64,000 nucleotides of DNA, from contig CBDCKW010000009.1 of assembly GCA_965218435.1 (NCBI GenBank), positions 3,456,001 through 3,520,000 on the forward strand. Reading direction: 5' to 3'. Every line of letters begins with the position of its first letter. The first letter of the stretch is position 1. A model generated the notes under the pieces. That model made no database searches. It was not told the origin of the DNA and saw nothing but the letters and a program-made list of their open reading frames with translations. A program made the position numbers and the translations under genes. The stretch is from Truepera sp. GTDB taxonomy: Bacteria; Deinococcota; Deinococci; Deinococcales; Trueperaceae. Positions 18,756 through 28,826 of the stretch are shown piece by piece.

Positions 18756-18785
18756 TTGACAAATATAAATATATTGATGTAGAGT
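18756..18785 (+). promoter_or_regulatory. ars promoter with AT-rich ArsR-operator-like spacer; leaderless
   Basis: TTGACA-N18-TAGAGT, ATG 6 nt later; spacer AATATAAATATATTGAT. Confidence 0.65.
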
Positions 18786-18791
18786 CGCTAC

Positions 18792-19106
18792 ATGGATGAG
18801 TTCTCGAGCCAACTTAAAGCTTTAGCCGACCCGGTGCGACTAGCGATTCTCGAGTTTTTGCTCGATCCTATCCCAACGTGTTGTGTTCAGGAAGAGGGCG
18901 TGTGTGCCTGCGACTTTGAAAATGTTCTCAGTCTTTCGCAGCCCACCGTCAGCCATCACATGAAAATCCTCGTGCAAGCCGGGTTTGTTCGCCCTAAAAA
19001 ACGTGGGCGCTGGGTCTACTATCACCTCAATCCGGTTGCCTTTGAAAAGGTCCGTGAAAAGCTGACCCCGTTCGCCCACGCGCCGCAGGAGGCTGCCCGT
19101 GTTTGA
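18792..19106 (+). CDS. arsR: ArsR/SmtB metalloregulator
   Basis: LKALADPVRL, CC..GVCAC, LSQPTVSHHMKIL, GRWVYY. Confidence 0.9.
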   Translation: MDEFSSQLKALADPVRLAILEFLLDPIPTCCVQEEGVCACDFENVLSLSQPTVSHHMKILVQAGFVRPKKRGRWVYYHLNPVAFEKVREKLTPFAHAPQEAARV

Positions 19107-20229
19107 CGACCTGAAGCCGCTCGAGACCGTTCGACAAAAGGTAAGAGAGTATTACGGGGAGCGCCTTACCCATAACCGAGGCTGTTGTAGCGCCGAAGCC
19201 GACACAGAAAGTATTGGGTTGCTTGACATTCCCACTTATGGTTGTGGTACCCCGACCGACTTTGCCGCCCTAAAGCTGGGAGAAACGGTGCTCGATCTGG
19301 GCAGTGGCGCGGGCCTCGACGCGTTCCGGGCGGCAGAACGGGTAGGCGCTAGCGGTCACGTCATCGGGGTAGACATGACTCCGGCGATGCTGGAGCGCGC
19401 TCAAGCTGGGGCTGCGCAACTCGGCGTTACGAACGTCGAATTTTGTCACGGCTATATCGAAGCGTTACCGGTTGCTGCGGCGAGCGTTGACGCCATCTTG
19501 TCAAACTGCGTCATCAACCTCTCCGGCAACAAAAGCGCCGTGCTGCGCGAAGCCTACCGGGTACTCAAACCGGGCGGGCGGCTGGCGGTGAGCGACATCG
19601 TGCGTGTGGGCGAAGCTCCGGCCCAAACTTCGGACGAGGGCTGGTGCGCGTGCAGCGACGGCGCAGAAACGGTCTCCGACTACCGGGCACGGCTGCAAGC
19701 TGCTGGGTTTGCCGCTATCTCTTTTATGGGCAACCCTCCAACCGAAGGCACCTATAGCGCACAGCTTCAGGCCGTCAAACCTGCCATTCGTGACGCACTT
19801 CCGACTGACCGGCAGACCATCGAAACTGTGCTCCAGGAGGCTGACTTACCGACGGAAGGCGTAGAGGACACCGAACTGCTGGTTTTAGAAGAGGACGGTG
19901 CGATCGTCGGCGTCGTCGGCTTTGAACCTTATGGGGATGCGGCGCTGCTACGTTCGCTGGCGCTTAAACCGGCGTGGCGTGGTTTGGGTTTGTCACGGGC
20001 GCTGCTGGTCGCGGTATTTGACCGACTACGGGTCAAAGGCGTCACAACTGCTTATGGACTTACAACGACCATCCCGGACTTGCTCCTCGAGCTTGGTTTT
20101 GCCGAGATTGGCCGGGGCGAATTACCGGGAGCGTTGACGGATTCAGCGCAGCTGCAAGGGCCGCAAGCCTGTCCTGATACGGCTCGAGTTTTTCAACTAT
20201 CTCTTTTACCGGTGCTAGAAGGGAGGTGA
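19099..20229 (+). CDS. arsM: arsenite methyltransferase fused to C-terminal ArsN2-like GNAT
   Basis: VREYYG..CC, YGCGTP, LDLGSGAGLD, SNCVINL, WCAC; then ALLRSLA..RGLG..LTTT...ACPDTA. Confidence 0.85.
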   Translation: MFDDLKPLETVRQKVREYYGERLTHNRGCCSAEADTESIGLLDIPTYGCGTPTDFAALKLGETVLDLGSGAGLDAFRAAERVGASGHVIGVDMTPAMLERAQAGAAQLGVTNVEFCHGYIEALPVAAASVDAILSNCVINLSGNKSAVLREAYRVLKPGGRLAVSDIVRVGEAPAQTSDEGWCACSDGAETVSDYRARLQAAGFAAISFMGNPPTEGTYSAQLQAVKPAIRDALPTDRQTIETVLQEADLPTEGVEDTELLVLEEDGAIVGVVGFEPYGDAALLRSLALKPAWRGLGLSRALLVAVFDRLRVKGVTTAYGLTTTIPDLLLELGFAEIGRGELPGALTDSAQLQGPQACPDTARVFQLSLLPVLEGR

Positions 20230-20233
20230 AACC

Positions 20234-20323
20234 ATGCAAGAAATTACTGTGCTAAACGGGTGCGACTGTGACGTTTGCGATTGCGACGAAGGCTGCAGCT
20301 GCGACGCGTGCGCCTGCTGCTAA
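20234..20323 (+). CDS. 29-aa Cys-rich metallothionein-like peptide, absent from the ORF track
   Basis: GGAGGTGA RBS; MQEITVLNGCDCDVCDCDEGCSCDACACC (9 Cys); lies before the operon terminator. Confidence 0.8.
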   Translation: MQEITVLNGCDCDVCDCDEGCSCDACACC

Positions 20324-20340
20324 GGTATCTCAGCTAGTCT

Positions 20341-20387
20341 AAAAAGTCACGCGCTTACCTCAGAGCAGGTAAGCGCGTGGCCTTTTC
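20341..20387. terminator. bidirectional intrinsic terminator
   Basis: AAAAAG..CACGCGCTTACCT-CAGAGC-AGGTAAGCGCGTG..CTTTT between convergent genes. Confidence 0.8.
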
Positions 20388-20400
20388 TGCTCTAACGAAC

Positions 20401-21753
20401 CTAGACAAACGCGCTGTACCCCGTAATCGCCCTTCCTACTACCAGTGAATTGATCTCGTTCGTGCCTTCGTACGAATAGATCGCTTCGGTGTCAGAAAAG
20501 TAACGGGCGACGTGGTACTCCAACAAAATCCCTTTGCCGCCGTGCAGCTCACGGGCCAAGGCGACCGTTTCACGGCAGCGTTTGGCGGTAAAAACTTTGG
20601 CCAAAGACGCTTGCTCGTCGCGCATCGTGCCTGCGTCTTGGAGTTGCGAGAGCCGTAAACACAGCGTCTGCATCGCGGTGACGTTGCCGAGCATCTGTAC
20701 GAGTAAGTTTTGCACGAGCTGAAAACCGGCAATCGGTCGGCCGAACTGCTGGCGTTTTTGCGCGTAAGCCAACGACTTTTCATACGCGCCCATCGCGCAA
20801 CCGACCCCTTGCCACGCAACCCCGGCCCGGGTCGCGCGGAGCACGTCGGCGGTGGTGCGAAACGAGTTGGCATTTTGCAACCGGTCGCTTTCGGCTACGC
20901 GGCAGTCGGTCAGGGTGATGTGCCCGTTTTCCACGGCGCGTAAAGCGATTTTGCCCTGAATTTTTTCGACGCTAAACCCGGGCGTCTCTTTACGGACGAT
21001 AAAGCCTTTGACCTGGCCGTCAGCTTCGTCTTTGGCCCAGATAATCGTAAAGTCGCTAAAGGTCGAGTTGCCGATCCAGTATTTTTGGCCGTTTAAGACC
21101 CAGCTGTCCCCGTCACGGCGGCAGGTCGTCGTCATCCCTTGTGACACGGCTGAACCCACATCGGGCTCGGTCAAACCGAACGCCCCGATGACCTCGAAGT
21201 TACGCATTTTCGGCAGCCACTCACGTTTTTGCGCTTCGGAGCCGCCTAGATAAATTGACCACATTGCCAGACCTGAATGGACGCCGAAAAACGTTGTGGT
21301 CGAGACGTCAATCCGGGCCATCTCCATCCCGATAATGCCCTCTAAGACGCTCGCGTCGGGTCGCCGTTCGCCGTTATCGTCAAACAGGGCGCTGATAATG
21401 TCTAAATCTCTGAGCTTGCCGATCAGCTGACGCGGAAACTCGTCGCGTTGCCAGTATTCGTTGGCAATCGGCTCGACCTCTGTTTCCATAAAGTGCCGGA
21501 CTTTCAGCTGCACCTCGCGTTGCTCGGGGGTCAAGAGCGCAGCAATATCAAAAAAGTCGCCGTCAACTTCGGGCAGAACTTTGGGCTTTTTGGGCGCAGC
21601 GAGTTTTATCATCCCCTGCAAAGTGCGTTCGTCCATTGAAGACACCATGCTTAAAAGCTGATTTAGATCAACCTTTTCGGACAATTTGGCAACTTTAGCC
21701 ATGTCCACTTTGCTGGCTAACGCCATGATTTTGGTCATATCTTTGATTGCCAT
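20401..21753 (-). CDS. acyl-CoA dehydrogenase (glutaryl-CoA DH/ACX4-like) with N-terminal extension
   Basis: [37 protein letters not shown]. Confidence 0.9.
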   Translation of the reverse strand: MAIKDMTKIMALASKVDMAKVAKLSEKVDLNQLLSMVSSMDERTLQGMIKLAAPKKPKVLPEVDGDFFDIAALLTPEQREVQLKVRHFMETEVEPIANEYWQRDEFPRQLIGKLRDLDIISALFDDNGERRPDASVLEGIIGMEMARIDVSTTTFFGVHSGLAMWSIYLGGSEAQKREWLPKMRNFEVIGAFGLTEPDVGSAVSQGMTTTCRRDGDSWVLNGQKYWIGNSTFSDFTIIWAKDEADGQVKGFIVRKETPGFSVEKIQGKIALRAVENGHITLTDCRVAESDRLQNANSFRTTADVLRATRAGVAWQGVGCAMGAYEKSLAYAQKRQQFGRPIAGFQLVQNLLVQMLGNVTAMQTLCLRLSQLQDAGTMRDEQASLAKVFTAKRCRETVALARELHGGKGILLEYHVARYFSDTEAIYSYEGTNEINSLVVGRAITGYSAFV

Positions 21754-21755
21754 CT

Positions 21756-23657
21756 TTACCTCTCTTGTATCTCTAGAATACGCTCGGCGCTGCTACCGCT
21801 GCCGGATTCCGTACCATGCTTGACGTTTCGCTGAGTATCGTGCTCAAAAAGGCTCGAGATTTGCGCCTCAAAATGCTCGAGCACCTTGTTACGTTTAACC
21901 TTAAGCGTCGGGGTTAAAAGGTTGTTTTCGGGAGTCAAAGTGCCGGTTAAAAGGACTGCACGTTTGGCTTGTGACCATTCGGGTAAGGCGCGGTTGGCCT
22001 CTTGCACAGCGTATATCAGCTCGTCTTTGACCGTTTGAGGATCTTTTTCCGGTACTAAAAAGAGGAGCGCCGCGCAGTATTTTTCGCCTTCACCGACGAT
22101 AAGGGCGTGTTCGATCGAGGGGTGGGCCTCGAGCGCCTCCTCTAAGGGTTGCGGCATCACAAATTTGCCGGTTGAAAGCTTAAAAACATTTTTCGAGCGC
22201 CCGGTAATCTTGAGAAAGCCGTCTTCGGAGATTTCACCTAAGTCGCCGGTACGAAACCAGCCGTCGGGGTTGACTGCTTCGGCGGTCGCTTCAGGGTTTC
22301 CTAGATAACCACGCATCACCTGTGGGCCGCGCACGAGCAGTTCACCGCTTTTAGAGAACCTGGCTTCTGTCCCCGGCAACAGCTCACCGACCGTTCCGGG
22401 ATGGTTACGCTCCGGCCGGTTATAGGCGATAATCGGACTCGTTTCGGTCAGGCCGTACCCCTGTAAGACCGACACGCCCGCCGCTCCAAAGACCCGGACG
22501 AGTTCGGGGCGGAGCGCAGCCCCACCGACAATCACGAGCCCCAACCGTCCGCCCAGCGCCTCACGCCACCGGTCAAACACGAGTTTGGCGGCGGCGCGGT
22601 GCTGCGTGCTGTAAAGCGTGTTGCCAAGAAGCGTGCCCGTGTCACCGCCGGGTTCAAAACGCCGCGCGAGGGCGAGCGCCCAATCAAAAATCGGTTTTTG
22701 TACCCCGCTCAGCTCAGCCCCGGCTTTTAAGATGCCCTCAAACACCCGCTCTAAAACCCTCGGGACGGTCGCAAAGGTCGTCGGTTTAACCTCTCGCAAG
22801 TGGTCACGCACGCTATCCGGGGTCGTAAAATAAACTGCCGTGCCCCACGCCATATAGCCGTAGTGGAGCGTCCGGGCAAAGATGTGCGTCAGCGGCAAAA
22901 ACGACAGGGCCACCTCTTGCCCGCGTTTAAGCTGCGGAATCCCGGTAAAGGCGGCCATCACGTTTGACGAGATGTTTTCGTGCGTGAGCATCACGCCCTT
23001 AGGCGTGCCCGTGGTCCCGGAGGTGTAGATCACGGTGGCGAGGTCGTCTGCTTGAACGCTCCGGCGGAGGGCGCTCGCGGCGTCCGGCGACGTTTGCAAA
23101 AGTGACTCGCCCCGGCTCAGCAAGGTTGCAAAGGTGACGAACTCGAGTCCTTCAGGAGGCTGCGCCTTTTCAGAGTCATGGACGACGACGGTACGAACAG
23201 CAGTGTCTTCTAACAGCGGCGCAACAATCTCTAGTAGCTCAGCGTCCGAAACAACCACGGCCTCAGCTGCGGCGTCTTGCAAGATAAAGCGGATGGTATC
23301 GGCGTTTTGCGTCAGGTAGATCGGCACGCTGACCAGCCCCGCCATCAAGCAGGCCATATCCGGCAGGCAAAACGAGAGGTCGCTGTGGGTAAAAAAAGCG
23401 ACGTGCGTCCCTGCCGCTAGCCCCAAGTCGCGCAGGGCGAGGGCTAAGGCTTCGGCTTGGGCGCGGAAGTCTGTGCTCGAGACGCTCCGCCAACCTGTTT
23501 CGGTCGCCTCGTTAAACGCCTTCTCGTTGGGGTTATTGAGGCACGCTTCGTCTAACAGCGACGGGAGCGTCCGACCCAAAACGACCCGGCCGCTGGGGGC
23601 TGTATAGACGGGCTGAACAGACGGAGGCGTCGCCGCGTTGAGAGGGGCTACAGTCAT
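21756..23657 (-). CDS. long-chain fatty acid--CoA ligase
   Basis: [41 protein letters not shown]. Confidence 0.9.
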   Translation of the reverse strand: MTVAPLNAATPPSVQPVYTAPSGRVVLGRTLPSLLDEACLNNPNEKAFNEATETGWRSVSSTDFRAQAEALALALRDLGLAAGTHVAFFTHSDLSFCLPDMACLMAGLVSVPIYLTQNADTIRFILQDAAAEAVVVSDAELLEIVAPLLEDTAVRTVVVHDSEKAQPPEGLEFVTFATLLSRGESLLQTSPDAASALRRSVQADDLATVIYTSGTTGTPKGVMLTHENISSNVMAAFTGIPQLKRGQEVALSFLPLTHIFARTLHYGYMAWGTAVYFTTPDSVRDHLREVKPTTFATVPRVLERVFEGILKAGAELSGVQKPIFDWALALARRFEPGGDTGTLLGNTLYSTQHRAAAKLVFDRWREALGGRLGLVIVGGAALRPELVRVFGAAGVSVLQGYGLTETSPIIAYNRPERNHPGTVGELLPGTEARFSKSGELLVRGPQVMRGYLGNPEATAEAVNPDGWFRTGDLGEISEDGFLKITGRSKNVFKLSTGKFVMPQPLEEALEAHPSIEHALIVGEGEKYCAALLFLVPEKDPQTVKDELIYAVQEANRALPEWSQAKRAVLLTGTLTPENNLLTPTLKVKRNKVLEHFEAQISSLFEHDTQRNVKHGTESGSGSSAERILEIQER

Positions 23658-23764
23658 GCTTGTCTCCTTTGGTTATCTCCTCGGACCAGGCGTGAGCACA
23701 AGTGTAGCGCAATTTCCCCCGGACAACTGTAGATCATCAGAGCTAAATACTCCTGAGCCGGGCG

Positions 23765-25030
23765 CTAGCGGCTCCAAAAGGGCATCTCGCCAGCGGCTAA
23801 AACGTTGGGTTTACCGGAGAGCGGGACAACGACGACTTTGGGACCGTCAGGGCTTTGCAGCGGCAGCACGAGGGCCGTGGAGTCCGGCGACCAGACCCGG
23901 TGACTGAGCGCGTACTGATCGAAAAAGGGTAAAAACTGGTCTACAAATAACGGTGTAGGGGTAAAGGGCAAGAGCAACCGGTCGTTGCCGGTTTTGACGT
24001 TGACGACCCTGAGCTCGAGCAGCGGAACTGCTTGGATGTTAGTAGCGTCCGGCGCTGCATCCGACTGAGCTGTATCCAACTGTGTGCTGGCAGTTCTCAA
24101 GCTCGGCGCACGTAATGATTGCGTCACCTGCCCGTCGTTTTGACGGCGCGGCGCGATATAGGCGAGATGTTTGCCATCCGGCGACCAAAAAAAGGCGATG
24201 GCGGTGGTGTTGACCAGCGGCGTCAGGTCGCCCGTTTGCGCGTCGAGCAGACGAACCGGGCCGTAGGGTAGCCTGACCGCAGCGGGCGGGTTCATGATGG
24301 CGAGCTGGTCGGCGGCGGGGCTCCACGAGAGGGCGGCGAGCCCTTCATAGGGGACTTCGCGGCGCAGCTTAGCATTTTTTTCGGTGTTGCCGCGCAGGAC
24401 GATGCGGGTAGTGCCGCTGTTCAGCTCGGCGTAAGCGAGGTAGCGCCCGCTGGGTGACAGCCCCGGCGCGTTAAAGAGTCCTGGCGTGCCGAGCGGTTGA
24501 CCGCTTCGTCCATTCAGCGTGTAAAAGGCGATTTCACTCCCCTCTAAAACGCCCGTGTGAACGAGCAGCTTCTGCGAGTCGCGGCTCCACTGCCAGTAGA
24601 GCGGGTTGCCCGACGTGACTTTTTGGGTATCTGCCGCACCGGAACCGGCGACCTGAAGCTCGAGCCCCCCCTCACCACTCGCCAAAAACCCGACTTTTTT
24701 ACCGTCCGGTGACCAGTAAAGGTAGATAGGCCCTGCCGGACCCTCATAAAGCGTTTGAGGTTTGGCTCCGGCGCGGTCTTTCACGGTAAAGACGCCGCCC
24801 CCCGTAGGCCCCGAGCCGATCACGGCCAGCTCATCACCTGTAGGTGACCACGCCGGAAACTGATAGCGGCGTGTCGGCGGCGTCAGCACGCGTTCACTTT
24901 TACCGTCCGGCGCGGCGGTAACGAGCTGACCCTGAGGGTTGATAAACGCGATACGCTGTGCCCCGGCAAAGCTGGCTACGGCGGCGCTGAGTATGACTAG
25001 ACCTAACGCTCGAGAAAATATGTTGTTCAT
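23765..25030 (-). CDS. secreted TolB-like (PD40) beta-propeller protein
   Basis: signal peptide; repeated WSPDG-type motifs. Confidence 0.85.
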   Translation of the reverse strand: MNNIFSRALGLVILSAAVASFAGAQRIAFINPQGQLVTAAPDGKSERVLTPPTRRYQFPAWSPTGDELAVIGSGPTGGGVFTVKDRAGAKPQTLYEGPAGPIYLYWSPDGKKVGFLASGEGGLELQVAGSGAADTQKVTSGNPLYWQWSRDSQKLLVHTGVLEGSEIAFYTLNGRSGQPLGTPGLFNAPGLSPSGRYLAYAELNSGTTRIVLRGNTEKNAKLRREVPYEGLAALSWSPAADQLAIMNPPAAVRLPYGPVRLLDAQTGDLTPLVNTTAIAFFWSPDGKHLAYIAPRRQNDGQVTQSLRAPSLRTASTQLDTAQSDAAPDATNIQAVPLLELRVVNVKTGNDRLLLPFTPTPLFVDQFLPFFDQYALSHRVWSPDSTALVLPLQSPDGPKVVVVPLSGKPNVLAAGEMPFWSR

Positions 25031-25061
25031 ATACTAGAGTAGCAGCGCCTGGGCAAAGAAA

Positions 25062-25460
25062 CTAGGGGCTGGGGCTTAGGTCTCTGGGGCACAAGAGCAG
25101 TAGTTCGTCACTTACATAGAGAAGCGTTATTTGCCGGTTACTTTGTCTAAAGCGAAACACGGTCTTAATAACCTCCACGGGTTCATTTCCTAGCCGTAAC
25201 GTTACGATGTGCCACAGCTCTGAAATGCTACTCGAGTCAAGCAAATAAGGTCCAACGGCTTCCTTAAAGTCGAAAAAGTCTCTGTACCCATGCCGATAGC
25301 AAAATGCTTTTGGAAATTTTGCGCCGAGTTGCTTGGGACAAGGAGCCTGGACGACGCGCAGGCCGTAAGCAAAGTTAGTTTGAAAGGCCCGAAAGCTGTT
25401 TTCCTGTGCCCGAACAGCTACACAAAGAAGCAGGGCTAAAGTCAACCCAAGTTTTCTCAC
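25062..25460 (-). CDS. hypothetical secreted protein
   Basis: MRKLGLTLALLLCVAVRA signal-like N-terminus. Confidence 0.6.
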   Translation of the reverse strand: MRKLGLTLALLLCVAVRAQENSFRAFQTNFAYGLRVVQAPCPKQLGAKFPKAFCYRHGYRDFFDFKEAVGPYLLDSSSISELWHIVTLRLGNEPVEVIKTVFRFRQSNRQITLLYVSDELLLLCPRDLSPSP

Positions 25461-25479
25461 AACGCGGATTGTAGCCTTT

Positions 25480-26310
25480 TCAGGGCGCGTCTGCCAGCGG
25501 GTCGGGGTAGAGAAAAGTAAACCCCAGCGTATCTACCAGCGCCTCGCTACTCACAAGCTTGTAACCCTGCATATGCGGCTCTACAAAGTGCGGTGGGGCT
25601 AACCCCAGATGTTCGGTCTGCCGGGTATAGACCTCGCGCCGGGTCGGATGCTGCGGGGCGCACACATTCAAGGTTACGCCTTTGATACCTTGCTCGAGCA
25701 CTCCTACCACAGCCCTAACTACATCATCACGGTGAACCAGATTGACTCTAGCCTCGCCCCCGGAAACGTCCCTTCCGGCGAGGCGGCGGCCCGGTTGCCG
25801 GTCGTAACCGTAAAGCCCGGCAAGGCGGAGCATCACACCGTTTCTCTCCCGTAAAAGTTTTTCGGCAGCCAAAATAGCCCGCCCCGACGCGCTGATGCTG
25901 TTTTCAGCGTTGCCGCCTGCGTCGGCTTCGGTGACGGTGCAGCCCGAATCAGGGTAGACCGAGGTCGAGCCGGTCAAAATAATCTGCGTGCCCTCCGGCG
26001 TCTTTGCCAGAGCGGCAGCAATTTGCGCCGGGTAGCGCGTCTCGACGTCCGGTTTACGGCGTCCGGGCGGCAGCGTGATAATCAGCGTGTCAACGTCGAA
26101 AAATCCGTCGGTGTCACCCTCTGGGGTGGGGGAGAGCTCGAGCCTTTGCCCCCGAACCCCTGCGGCTGAGAGCGCCCCCAACTTGTCCGCGTGCGTGACT
26201 GAACCCCGGACAAAGCAGCCGCGCCGGACGAGTTCTGCGGCGAGTGGCAAACCCAACCAACCGCACCCCAGCACGCTGACGTTCATCTCTGATAGGTTGT
26301 TTTCAGACAC
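25480..26310 (-). CDS. atypical SDR / NAD(P)-binding protein (YeeZ-like)
   Basis: GCGWLG, STSVY, LRLAGLYG, NLVHRDD. Confidence 0.85.
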   Translation of the reverse strand: MSENNLSEMNVSVLGCGWLGLPLAAELVRRGCFVRGSVTHADKLGALSAAGVRGQRLELSPTPEGDTDGFFDVDTLIITLPPGRRKPDVETRYPAQIAAALAKTPEGTQIILTGSTSVYPDSGCTVTEADAGGNAENSISASGRAILAAEKLLRERNGVMLRLAGLYGYDRQPGRRLAGRDVSGGEARVNLVHRDDVVRAVVGVLEQGIKGVTLNVCAPQHPTRREVYTRQTEHLGLAPPHFVEPHMQGYKLVSSEALVDTLGFTFLYPDPLADAP

Positions 26311-26327
26311 GCTCTTAATCTAACCGA

Positions 26328-27635
26328 TTACACCTCATCCGGCAATTCCTGCTCGAGCCGCCGCACCGAAGGGAGCAGGTAAGTCATGGCCGTCGTCACG
26401 ACGATCAGGGAACCTGTCATAACGGTCAGCAAGCCCATCCCGCGCCCTTCCCCCACGCCTAAGACTTGGCCGACCGACCCAGCTAAACCGCCACCGGGCA
26501 TAAGCAGCGGCCTGAACACAAACTCTGCTAGCGGCCCGACCAACAGGTAGGCAAAGGGCTCGCCAACGAAGGCTAAGGTTTGTTTCGTGGCAAACACCCG
26601 CCCTTGCACCTCAGGTGCGACCTTGCGCTGGAATAGGGCGCTGCCTGCTGCACCAGCTACCGCGAAGGAAAAGTAGAATACAAATAGCCCCGCAGCGATA
26701 AGTGCAGGAGAGGGTCTAAGCCCGACCAACACGATGCCGACGCCGCTTACCAGCAGAAAGCCGAGGTTGACCTTAATAAGACGGTTTGAAGGCCCCCACG
26801 TCGCCATAAAGAGGCCGCCCAACACCATGCCCGAGCCGCCTATAGACAGCACTACTCCCAGCACCTTGGAAGTTGCAAACGATAATATGAGGGGCGTTGT
26901 TAAGACCAACCCAAAGTTGTTGAGGAAGTTGTAAAGCATGTAGAACAGCTGGAGCTTAAAGAGGCCACGCCGACGGGTGAGGTAGCGCCAACCGGTCAGC
27001 AGGTCATGCCAGACAGTTCCTAGTTCCTCCGTCTTCTTCTCGAGCCGGGGAAAACGCACCAGCAGCAACGTTGCTAGGGCGACCGTGAAGGTTGCTAGGT
27101 CTACAGCAATGACCCCTTCCAGCCCCATTACAGCTAACAAGAAGCCCGCTGCTACCGGCGCGACCAGGCGGCCCGAGGCTCCGCTGAGCTGAACGAGACC
27201 GTTTGCACGACCGAGTAATGTTTTAGGTACAAGTAGACTCACGCTGGCGCTGTAGGCCGGACCCTGAAATACGTTTGCGACCGAGTTGAAGAGCGTAGTG
27301 AGGTAAACGTGCCAGACCTCGAGCCTTCCTGCTAAAAGTAAAACCAGGAGAAGTGCGGAACTGAGAGCGGCCACTGTATCGCTCAAGACCATCACGCGCC
27401 TGCGGCTGTACCGGTCAACGACGACCCCAGCAAAGGGCGAGAGCATGACAAAGGGCAGAACCTCGAACAGCACGGTGAGTGAAAATTGAGTGGCCGAACC
27501 GGTGCGCTCGAAGACCCACCAGGCCGCAGCGAACGCGGTCAGGCTCGAGCCGAGGGTAGACACGAATTGACCGGTCCACACGACCAAAAACGTGTTCCAG
27601 GTCGTTCCAGAAGTTACGCTTGTCGTCCTAGCCAC
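26328..27635 (-). CDS. MFS transporter (DHA3/macrolide-efflux-like)
   Basis: GQFVSTLGS, GVVVDRYSRRRVM, QGRVFA; about 12 hydrophobic segments. Confidence 0.9.
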   Translation of the reverse strand: MARTTSVTSGTTWNTFLVVWTGQFVSTLGSSLTAFAAAWWVFERTGSATQFSLTVLFEVLPFVMLSPFAGVVVDRYSRRRVMVLSDTVAALSSALLLVLLLAGRLEVWHVYLTTLFNSVANVFQGPAYSASVSLLVPKTLLGRANGLVQLSGASGRLVAPVAAGFLLAVMGLEGVIAVDLATFTVALATLLLVRFPRLEKKTEELGTVWHDLLTGWRYLTRRRGLFKLQLFYMLYNFLNNFGLVLTTPLILSFATSKVLGVVLSIGGSGMVLGGLFMATWGPSNRLIKVNLGFLLVSGVGIVLVGLRPSPALIAAGLFVFYFSFAVAGAAGSALFQRKVAPEVQGRVFATKQTLAFVGEPFAYLLVGPLAEFVFRPLLMPGGGLAGSVGQVLGVGEGRGMGLLTVMTGSLIVVTTAMTYLLPSVRRLEQELPDEV

Positions 27636-27681
27636 CTTGATAAAGCCTCATGGCTCAAGCATGTAGAGTAGGCTTATTCAA

Positions 27682-28356
27682 ATGGAACCCCAAGTTTTGA
27701 AAAAGACCTGGCACGTGGTTGAAGACGCCGATGCAGCGCAGGCGCTGACCGACCCGAAAGAGCAACGCTACTTACTGCCTTTTATCCGCGAGGAGCTGTC
27801 ATTGAGCGAGGCGGCGAGCCGCTTAGGGGTCAAACCCAACGCACTGCTCTACCATGTCAACAAGTTGCTGGGGCTAGGACTACTCGAGGTTGCTCAAATC
27901 CGGCGGCGTAAGGGGCGCGCGAGCAAGCTGTACAGGGCGAGCGCAGAGCGGTTTTTTATCCCCTTCTCGCTGACCCGAGCCGATACGGTGGAGAGCCTCT
28001 CTACGGAGACGAGCGTGCGGTCTGAGCGGGCGTTCCAACGAGATTTGATAGCTGCTGAAATAGGGGTCGGTGACGATTGGGGCGTCGCCATTTACGTCAT
28101 GGCAGATGGCAGTCTGAGCATCGACCTAATCGCCTCGCGAGAACACCCCACCGAAGACACGGCGTTTATCTTAAATGCCCACCACCCGGCGGTCTGGTCG
28201 AGTTGGCTCGAGCTAAACCTCGGCTTCGAGGAAGCGAAAGAGCTTCAGAGCGAACTTGTAGACTTGTGGAACCGGTACAAACAGCTGCGTAATCATGACG
28301 AGCCGAGCTACACGCTGCGCTTGGGGCTCGCTCCGGTCAAGGAAGCCGTTCCTTAA
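27682..28356 (+). CDS. winged-helix (ArsR-like) regulator, divergent from the MFS gene
   Basis: LSEAASRLGV..LLYHVNKLLGLGLL..RKGRASKLY. Confidence 0.8.
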   Translation: MEPQVLKKTWHVVEDADAAQALTDPKEQRYLLPFIREELSLSEAASRLGVKPNALLYHVNKLLGLGLLEVAQIRRRKGRASKLYRASAERFFIPFSLTRADTVESLSTETSVRSERAFQRDLIAAEIGVGDDWGVAIYVMADGSLSIDLIASREHPTEDTAFILNAHHPAVWSSWLELNLGFEEAKELQSELVDLWNRYKQLRNHDEPSYTLRLGLAPVKEAVP

Positions 28357-28422
28357 GCCTCAGCGACGATAAAAGTGCCAGCCGATGCGCCGTCCCACTA
28401 TCCCCAGGTGGCTGGACAGTAC

Positions 28423-28773
28423 TCAGCTGCGCCGCGCTTCGGTCTTGGCCGCTTTTTCGGCAAACTCGCGGGCGAAGTGCTTGATGTCCGACATCAGCTC
28501 GTCGTTGTTGGTGGCATTTTTGTAGGTGTCGGCGAGCGTCAGCAGTGTTTGAAAAAAGAAGTCGTTCATATCTTCGACGCTCATCTCTTTCGTCCACAGG
28601 TCAATGCGGAGCGAGTTGCGCTCCTGCGCGTCCCACAGGGCTAAGATCATCGCCCGGGCGTCTTGCGCACCGGGCAGCGGCGCGTCGGTGGCGCTCCAGC
28701 GGATGGTGTGGATGTCGTCATGGGCGTCACGTTGGACGCGAATATGAATGTCGGCAGAAGGGTTCTGACTCAT
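28423..28773 (-). CDS. gldC: GldC-like protein
   Basis: I.WSATD...AMILALWD...SLRIDLWTKEMSVEDMNDFFFQTLLTLADTY..AT matches the GldC signature as recalled. Confidence 0.75.
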   Translation of the reverse strand: MSQNPSADIHIRVQRDAHDDIHTIRWSATDAPLPGAQDARAMILALWDAQERNSLRIDLWTKEMSVEDMNDFFFQTLLTLADTYKNATNNDELMSDIKHFAREFAEKAAKTEARRS

Positions 28774-28826
28774 AAGCGCATCATACTAGGCCACCGTTTT
28801 TGAGCCTGTCTATTAGACTGAGCTGC

